64,000 nucleotides of DNA from the NCBI GenBank assembly GCA_934090735.1, contig CAKOJR010000001.1:4682-68681 (forward strand), in the 5' to 3' direction. How positions within the stretch are numbered: position 1 is the stretch's first letter; every line of letters begins with the position of its first letter. Shown piece by piece: positions 58,501 to 64,000 of this stretch. The notes under the pieces are model-generated. The model was not told the DNA's origin. It searched no databases and worked only from the letters and a program-made list of their open reading frames with translations. The position numbers and the translations under genes were made by a program. The stretch comes from an uncultured Bacilli bacterium (GTDB taxonomy: Bacteria; Bacillota_I; Bacilli_A; RF39; UBA660).

Positions 58501-59625
58501 GATGGAAGTGATGGTTATACACTTAAGGTATATGGTTCCGGTGACATGGAAGATTTTACTAAAGCACCATGGGATGGTTATGCAGAATCAATTAATAATA
58601 TTGTTTTAAGTAGTGAGTTAACTAGTATTGGTAACAATGCTTTTTATGGAACTAATATAAGTAATATTAATATACCTAATAGTGTTAGTAGTATAGGAGC
58701 ATCGGCATTTGAAAGTACTAGCTTAAAGATACTTAATGTTAATAGTGAAACTATTGGTAAGAGAGCATTTGCTAATAATTTAGAACTTACTAGTTTGACT
58801 ATTGGAGGTAATGTTAGAACTATAGAACAGTATGCTTTTAGTACAAATACTAATTTAAGTGATATAACCTTTAAAGAAGGCGTAGAGTATATTCGTGATT
58901 ATGTATTTATTGATAGTAAACTTGGCAATTTAGTTATGCCAAATAGTTTACAAACTATTGGGGATTATGCTTTTTATAATTTTAAAGGAGAAAGTGTTGA
59001 TATTAGGAATGCTTATGTAGGACTTGCATCATTTAGGGGAACTAATTTTAAAGAGATAAAAGCAAGCACTTTAGAGGTAAAGGATAACATTTTATATAAT
59101 GGAGATATTCTTATACTAGTTCCGGATAAGCTTGAGGGTAATGTTAAAATTATAGAAGGAACAAGTACAATAACTTATGAAGCATTAAAAGGCTTTGTAA
59201 GTGCTGATGAGAAAATGATGAGTTTAACTATTCCTAGTTCAGTTACAGAAATAAATTCAGTAATTAATTTAAATATAAAAGAGTTTATAGTAAGTGATGA
59301 TAATGATAGATATATGAGTGATAATGGAGTTCTTTATGATAAATACAGTGATGCTTTAGTAAGTATACCTAGTTATTATCAGGAGTCTAGTTATACCATA
59401 AATTCAAAAAGAATTAATAGTTATTCAATAATGAATAATATAATTCTTAAGACTATTACTCTTGGTGATACAGTTGAAACTATTGAAAATAATGCTGTTT
59501 ATGGTAGAGGAGATTTAGGAATAAGACAGGTTATTAATTATTCAAATGTTTCATATAGCAATGCTCATTATGATTTAGATTATTCTATATCTTTTATGGA
59601 TAAAGTTAATGATGTTCAAAATTAA
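55591..59625 (+). CDS. Giant pilin-adhesin fusion: prepilin N-terminus, Ig-like repeats, BspA-type leucine-rich repeats (1344 aa)
   Basis: MKSNKG|FTMVELLAVITIL prepilin motif; Big_2-like segments; C-terminal LRR_5/BspA repeats (IPNSVSSIGASAFES..., IGKRAFANNLELTSLTIG..., MPNSLQTIGDYAFYNF). Confidence 0.7.
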   Translation: MKSNKGFTMVELLAVITILSVIMIILIPAVDNISKSTKESILSSKINTIETSASKFGEDNINNYQKCTNALEGGAIGGYVYTGCLISVTDLVRLGYLEFDTTKNGANFISNPVTGGSIDGNILLCYDPHTITVNATFYNNGDVNYSCPAVSDSGNYSLNLGATRKDFYWGTHEVFKTKIYTKGDFKNITCSVDGPFSCSISGDDLTITLNDSGTGANGSYQVQVTATYNENSEDKNLYRRMNLGVYVVNFDIDDYTPGMCMKTFSNEVFRITGENYGKFSLEDVSDGLNATIKDDVLYMNSGSVTGEQSFLIKEDHAGLTKQILREVYNLSVETQITNVIVGEAATKVELKADGAGDLKITTDSAAASLSSNNSSFSSTITLRGQNYFYIRGNSIGTVNITIKGSLCGETSFSVNVSNIKLDNQDIPKYLYFNGGTRRNNDKTQFKSKIVGSTVNDFSCTVYKKNGSNYVQNDEYLTCYIENDTLTIETTSGNNIFSNVTDLKVNVKSETNGSLDIYIPIIYRTSISFKKNGSKVSRVCKELNSSAGLSDETILIYGNNLGVLSSDGTSCNSNTTNIVFDSMIDYYLVDVGDPINPTISITNNCASVSDSYGKMVLSRHNVTSSQYNSTLPYKLGRTNTGREIVYIRENNGNRLGALYYHIYSLNSSSNSVTLGVGKQSAQIRISYAATGSVSYRIANKDVARVNVISSDTFSYDDNINKTFTDIITITALRTGTTYLTISGKECGTFTIPIYVTNVFAINLDGGIYGTVSQSSLTCTESRLNSGCSVTLPDFTVPSGITKKGWSTNPNGGNVLSVGSSVMINNNTKGTTYYAIADNPRPSCLFTNVPSDIYGKDKVYINCTDVGGGLSSDTISTSSISASNEVIVESVSKVSNITNGYKFEVTVNPNNYYGPFTLTLNEGAVSDVYGFSNKKVVTSEIISAEHEYVSFYEIGKDNKEDLIAFLYDNKDIDGSDGYTLKVYGSGDMEDFTKAPWDGYAESINNIVLSSELTSIGNNAFYGTNISNINIPNSVSSIGASAFESTSLKILNVNSETIGKRAFANNLELTSLTIGGNVRTIEQYAFSTNTNLSDITFKEGVEYIRDYVFIDSKLGNLVMPNSLQTIGDYAFYNFKGESVDIRNAYVGLASFRGTNFKEIKASTLEVKDNILYNGDILILVPDKLEGNVKIIEGTSTITYEALKGFVSADEKMMSLTIPSSVTEINSVINLNIKEFIVSDDNDRYMSDNGVLYDKYSDALVSIPSYYQESSYTINSKRINSYSIMNNIILKTITLGDTVETIENNAVYGRGDLGIRQVINYSNVSYSNAHYDLDYSISFMDKVNDVQN

Positions 59626-59716
59626 AACTTTGGACATTTTTATTTATAAAAATAGTAGTTAGTGCCTTGATTAAAAGGTAATTATCATATATAATTATTT
59701 ATAGTAGGTGAGGTTC

Positions 59717-60990
59717 GTGGATTTTATAGAAAGGGAGAAGAAGAAAAGAACTATTTTGTATGGCTTATTATAGATTAACTAAAACACAGACAAATAAGAA
59801 TATTATTGCAACTAGAACTTGTTTAGATACTAGTTTAACTTAAGAAACTAGTGAAATAGTATTAGCTGAAGCTTTTCCAATAAGTGATGAAGATGGACTT
59901 AAACAGACCCATTTACTTTTACTTTAAAGAATAATTGTGATAGTTATGTTAAAGTAAATATAATGTTAGTAAGTGATTATAGAACAAGTGATGATACAGC
60001 TTATTTAAAAGATGATTATGTTAAGACTAATTTTTCTTTTAAGGGAACTACTGATGGAGAAATGGATATTTTAAGCTCATTTCCTTTGGGAGAAGCGGAT
60101 GTTAATACTGAAGGTTATATTCTTAAGAGTATGGGTTTAACGAGTAACGAAGAAAAGAGTTTTGATTTAAGATTGTGGGTTGATTCAGAAACTACTATAG
60201 AGCAAGGTTTAAATAAGATGTGGAGTGCTAAGGTTGTTGTTACAGCAATGGCTGCAGAGGAACCTCCTGCTGCACCTAAGGGGTGGTATGAAGCTAATAT
60301 AGGAACTTTTCTGGCAGCATTAAGGGAAAATGTTTCTTTAAGTAAAGTAGCTACTGTTCCTGGTAGTGAGGTTAGTGGCTATACGCACAACGATGTTGAT
60401 AGTTCGACAGCAAGTGTTAGTACGACGTATCAAAAATATTACTTTACTTATGGAACTGGTTTTGAAGCAAATGGTACTAAGTTTAATTTGACTTATTATG
60501 AAGATATGCTGGCTGATACAATATGGTGTAATGATAAAAGTACTTCTAGTGGATTAGGATATGGAACTAGTACTACTAATTATAGTGTTTATGGAAGATT
60601 AGTTACTTTTAAGAAACCAACATTAATATGTTCTAAAGATAATAGTGGCGAAAGTTATCTAAATTTACTGTAGATGATACAAGTTATGGTAATGGTAATT
60701 TAACTTATAAGGTTGGATTACTAACTGCAGATGAGGTAGTATTTGTTGGTTCTGTGTATGGTGTATATAACCGCTCTACATATTTGTATGAAAATGGTAC
60801 ATCGGTTTGGTGGACAATGTCACCTAAGGGTTATGATGCTAGTTATACAGAAGTTTGACGAGTTAGATCTGGTTATCTAAATGGAGATAGTGTTACGTCA
60901 TCTTATGCACTTCGTCCATCTATTGCTTTAGTTTCTACAGTTACAATTACTGGAGAAGGTACTAGTGAAAACCCTTATATAGTAAAGTAG
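59717..60990 (+). pseudogene. Decayed paralog D of the surface-protein family
   Basis: Homologous to the 51649.. gene. It has lost the about 10-codon TM segment with a frameshift, carries an in-frame TAA in the TasA-like region, a 1-nt deletion, a roughly 200-aa internal deletion removing the conserved core, and a further frameshift plus TGA before the RPSIALVS..GTSENPYIVK tail. Confidence 0.7.
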
Positions 60991-60996
60991 GTGTTT

Positions 60997-61566
60997 ATGA
61001 AGAAAAAATATGTTTATTTAATTGGTGTATTTATTATAGTATGCGTTATTATTCTTATTATTTGTTTTAGTAAGAAGGATAGTATCAGGCTTTATGATAA
61101 GTATAGTGCTAGAATAGGTATTAATTACAATGATAATAGTTATTCTAGAAGTTTTGATTATGATGGAGTAACTGGTAGAATAATATATGAAGATAAGACT
61201 GTCTATATGGATAGCAAAGGAGTATATTACAGTTTAGATAATGATTATTATAAGTATGAAACTGATATTAATTATACTTCACTTAGTGATGTGATTAGTA
61301 AATTTAAAATTTTAGAAAAAAACAATGAAGAGTATAGATGTGAAGTTAGTTCTGAATTTTTAGATAGTTTATTTATTAAAGGGACACCAAGTGATTGTTA
61401 TTTAAGTATAGATGGTGGATATGTAAAGGGGGTGAGTGTTAACTTCGATAAAGGAAATGTGTATATTTCTTTTAAGAAGTTAGGTGATGATTTTAGTGTT
61501 AGCATGCTTGGTTATTTTGATGAAAAATCTAAGATTGTGCATGATAATATATTGGAAATTAAATAG
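60997..61566 (+). CDS. Bitopic membrane protein (possible PilN/PilO-like pilus assembly component)
   Basis: Short cytoplasmic Lys-rich N-terminus, one TM helix, about 160-aa extracytoplasmic domain; located between pilin genes. Function is speculative. Confidence 0.4.
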   Translation: MKKKYVYLIGVFIIVCVIILIICFSKKDSIRLYDKYSARIGINYNDNSYSRSFDYDGVTGRIIYEDKTVYMDSKGVYYSLDNDYYKYETDINYTSLSDVISKFKILEKNNEEYRCEVSSEFLDSLFIKGTPSDCYLSIDGGYVKGVSVNFDKGNVYISFKKLGDDFSVSMLGYFDEKSKIVHDNILEIK

Positions 61567-61574
61567 GAGGATTT

Positions 61575-63338
61575 ATGAAGAATAAGAAAGGATTTACTTT
61601 AGTAGAAATTATTGCTGTTATTGCACTAATTGCAGTTATTGTTGGTATTTTTATTGTTAATTTAGTTGGTAAAAATGATCCTAAAGAAAATAATAAAGAT
61701 ACAGTTAAACAAATCTTAAGTGCTGCAGATGCTTATGTTAGTGCTAATAAGAGTGAAATTGAAAAGTTGTATGAGGGGTATAATTTTGTTGATATAACAA
61801 TTGGCGACTTAAAAAATAATGGTTTACTTAGTGAAGATATTATTAATAAGGAAACTAATGAAAAATATAAAGATGATGTAGTGGTTCGTGTTACTTTAAA
61901 TGATGCAACAAAAGCAACTGAGTTTGAACTTGATCCAGAAGATAAGGATACAGATAATACTTATCTTGTAGCTGATACTATTTATTTGGAGTATGATGCT
62001 AGTGGAACTAATTGGTGTAATGGGGAAAATGAATTTAAGGGATTAAATAATGCTGATTCAAATTATGGTAAGTTAGTTCTTACATCTTTAGATGAACCAA
62101 GTAGAAGTATAGATTTATTTAAAGATGATACTATTAAGGTAAAGTCTTGTAATGTTGATGTTACAAAGGCTGGTACTTATAGTGTAGTGTATACTTATAC
62201 TTATAATGGAGTTAATGTTGATAAAACAAGAACTGTATATGTAGCTGCTAGTGCTACTGATGTAGATAGTTTTACTGCTAATTTGAAATTAAATGGTGTT
62301 GTGACTAATAAAATTAATTTAGGTGCTACAGATGTTAATATTTTTATAACACTTCGTTATAAGAATGGTACTTCAAAAGAAATTGATAAACCAATAAATG
62401 AAATAACTGATTTTACTATTAAAGGATTTTCTACTGAACCTGTTGGAAATAAAACAGCAATAGTTAGTTATAATAAAACTAATAGTGATGGTTCTGTTCC
62501 TAGTCCAGTTAATTTAGATTATATGGTAAGTGATGAGCTTGTTGATTTTATTGGAAGTGATTGTGTTTTAGAGCCTGGTAAGACAGATGAATGTTATTAT
62601 AGAGGCGAAGTTGAAACTAACTATTTAAAATATGAAAATAGTTCATATATGTTTAGAATTTATTATAGAAATGGCAATGGTATTAAAGTTATTGCTAATG
62701 ATCCATATAGTTATACATGGAATGGAAAAACTAGCAGTGATTTAGTATATGGCATGATTGGTGCTTGTAAGTATAGTGGATGTTGTAATGGTGGAAGATA
62801 TTATTATCAAGGATTAGGTGGAACAAATTATGGGTCATCATTTAACTATCCTACAATGAGTAATATTGTTAATCATTTCTATACTTCTATTGTTAATGGT
62901 AGTCCTAAATATGTAGATAATCAATATATTACTGGTGCTGGACTTGGTGGTGGAGCATTCTATACTAAAGTAGCTCTTATGAGTAAAAATGATTATACTA
63001 AAGTAGCTAATTGTAATGGTAATAATTGTTTTAGAAGTTATTTAACTAATAATAGTAATGCTGGTAAAGATTTCTGGTTAGTAGAAACAGTTTCATTTAC
63101 GATGGATACTTCTAACTTTAACTATGGTAGAAGTGAAGCACATGTTTATAACAATTATGTTGATGCTAGTACATTTGTTGTTGACAAAGGTGGTTCTTAT
63201 AAAGGATATACTGATAATGATTATTATACTACTAATGTAACATATGCTACTAATAAGGTAAGACCAACATTACAACTTAAGAATGCTAAAATAGTTAGTG
63301 GAAATGGAACAAAAGCAAATCCATTTATTGTAAGGTAG
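61575..63338 (+). CDS. Large type IV pilin-like protein (587 aa) carrying the C-terminal module shared with the surface paralogs
   Basis: MKNKKG|FTLVEIIAVIALIAV prepilin motif. C-terminus VRPTLQLKNAKIVSGNGTKANPFIVR parallels RPAISL...G.GTSEDPYVV. Confidence 0.65.
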   Translation: MKNKKGFTLVEIIAVIALIAVIVGIFIVNLVGKNDPKENNKDTVKQILSAADAYVSANKSEIEKLYEGYNFVDITIGDLKNNGLLSEDIINKETNEKYKDDVVVRVTLNDATKATEFELDPEDKDTDNTYLVADTIYLEYDASGTNWCNGENEFKGLNNADSNYGKLVLTSLDEPSRSIDLFKDDTIKVKSCNVDVTKAGTYSVVYTYTYNGVNVDKTRTVYVAASATDVDSFTANLKLNGVVTNKINLGATDVNIFITLRYKNGTSKEIDKPINEITDFTIKGFSTEPVGNKTAIVSYNKTNSDGSVPSPVNLDYMVSDELVDFIGSDCVLEPGKTDECYYRGEVETNYLKYENSSYMFRIYYRNGNGIKVIANDPYSYTWNGKTSSDLVYGMIGACKYSGCCNGGRYYYQGLGGTNYGSSFNYPTMSNIVNHFYTSIVNGSPKYVDNQYITGAGLGGGAFYTKVALMSKNDYTKVANCNGNNCFRSYLTNNSNAGKDFWLVETVSFTMDTSNFNYGRSEAHVYNNYVDASTFVVDKGGSYKGYTDNDYYTTNVTYATNKVRPTLQLKNAKIVSGNGTKANPFIVR

Positions 63339-63346
63339 GTGAGATT

Positions 63347-64000
63347 ATGGAGAATAAAAAGAATTATGTTTTAATTGGTGTACTTATTGTTGTTATTGTA
63401 GGTGCATTATTAATCAAGTATTTTAGTGATAGGAAAACTAATAATGTTCTTAACGGTGATACAATTATAGGAAGTAGTTTAAATACTAAAGAACAAGCTA
63501 ATGTAGATTCTTATTTGAAAGATGAGCTTGTTAAAAATAAGTATACACTAGACAGAGCAAAAGTTTATGTAGATCCTTATAAAGTTAGTCCACTTAGTGC
63601 TATTATTATATTTTATACTGATAATAGTATGGAAGTTAGTGTAACAGTTAAGGGTAAGAATAATGATGATTTTACAGTAAATTATGGAAAAAGTAATTAC
63701 CATTATATACCAGTGTATGGATTATATGCTGATTATGATAATAAAGTTGTTGTAACTTTAGGAGATAAAACTACTAAAGAATTTACTATTAAAACTGATA
63801 AGATTAATGTTCCAGCTATAAAAGCTGAAAGCGGAAATGTAACTGCATCTGGGGACTTTTATTTGCTTACTAGCCCAATAGGTATGTGTTCCATTGGAGT
63901 TGATGGATATGGTAATCTTAGATGGATGTTAGGTGATTATTATTATCATAATATTAAAGTATTAGATAATGGTCATTTACTAATAGGTATTGATACTGAT
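63347..64000 (+). CDS. Bitopic membrane protein, 3' truncated by window end
   Basis: MENKKNYVLIGVLIVVIVGALLI TM anchor; ORF open to the end of the window. Confidence 0.45.
   Translation, partial: MENKKNYVLIGVLIVVIVGALLIKYFSDRKTNNVLNGDTIIGSSLNTKEQANVDSYLKDELVKNKYTLDRAKVYVDPYKVSPLSAIIIFYTDNSMEVSVTVKGKNNDDFTVNYGKSNYHYIPVYGLYADYDNKVVVTLGDKTTKEFTIKTDKINVPAIKAESGNVTASGDFYLLTSPIGMCSIGVDGYGNLRWMLGDYYYHNIKVLDNGHLLIGIDTD

Overview
The window is low-GC (about 28 to 30% GC) chromosomal DNA of a Gram-positive bacterium, probably a spore-forming Clostridia or Erysipelotrichia-type organism. This is inferred from the T-box leaders, the Cse60/YtxG/YtxH/SpoVB-type gene neighbourhood and the codon usage.

Housekeeping core: ileS, leuS and tyrS each sit behind a T-box leader. 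Also present are rpsD, tdk, a tmk-like kinase, trmB, one tRNA-Thr(CGU), a GH31 glycosidase, an LtaS-family enzyme, a dGTPase-type HD hydrolase and two ABC transporter systems.

Accessory content:
- A partial RhuM/Doc-motif gene at the 5' end.
- A tRNA-Thr-adjacent block (about 28.5 to 34.8 kb) that ends in an AbiEi/AbiEii abortive-infection pair.
- An EamA transporter gene carrying two +1T homopolymer frameshifts.
- Immediately after it, a tandemly duplicated unit of about 366 bp with the architecture of a type I toxin-antitoxin module. Each copy encodes a 29-aa hydrophobic peptide driven by a consensus-like promoter, a convergent antisense promoter and terminator over its 3' UTR, and a 5'/3' complementary mRNA fold.
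- A dispersed paralog family of large surface proteins: three intact copies at 0.76, 17.2 and 51.6 kb, and one decayed copy at 59.7 kb. Two have TasA/camelysin-like SipW-type N-termini, all share a conserved core, and they share a C-terminal RPAISL...GTSEDPY module. One copy carries a sharply GC-rich, C-ending-codon recoded 3' segment.

The 3' third of the window (50.3 to 64 kb) looks like the most novel system. It runs: SLT lytic transglycosylase; a surface paralog; a pseudopilin-like protein with a CBM4/9-like domain; four proteins with canonical class III (prepilin, G|FTLVE) N-termini; then a small bitopic protein and a second one truncated at the window edge. One of the four prepilin-type proteins is a 1344-aa pilin-adhesin fusion with Ig-like and BspA-type LRR domains. 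Another is a 587-aa pilin-like protein carrying the same C-terminal module as the surface paralogs. No assembly ATPase, platform protein or prepilin peptidase lies inside the window.

All calls rest on reading the sequence and remembered family motifs; no database searches were run.
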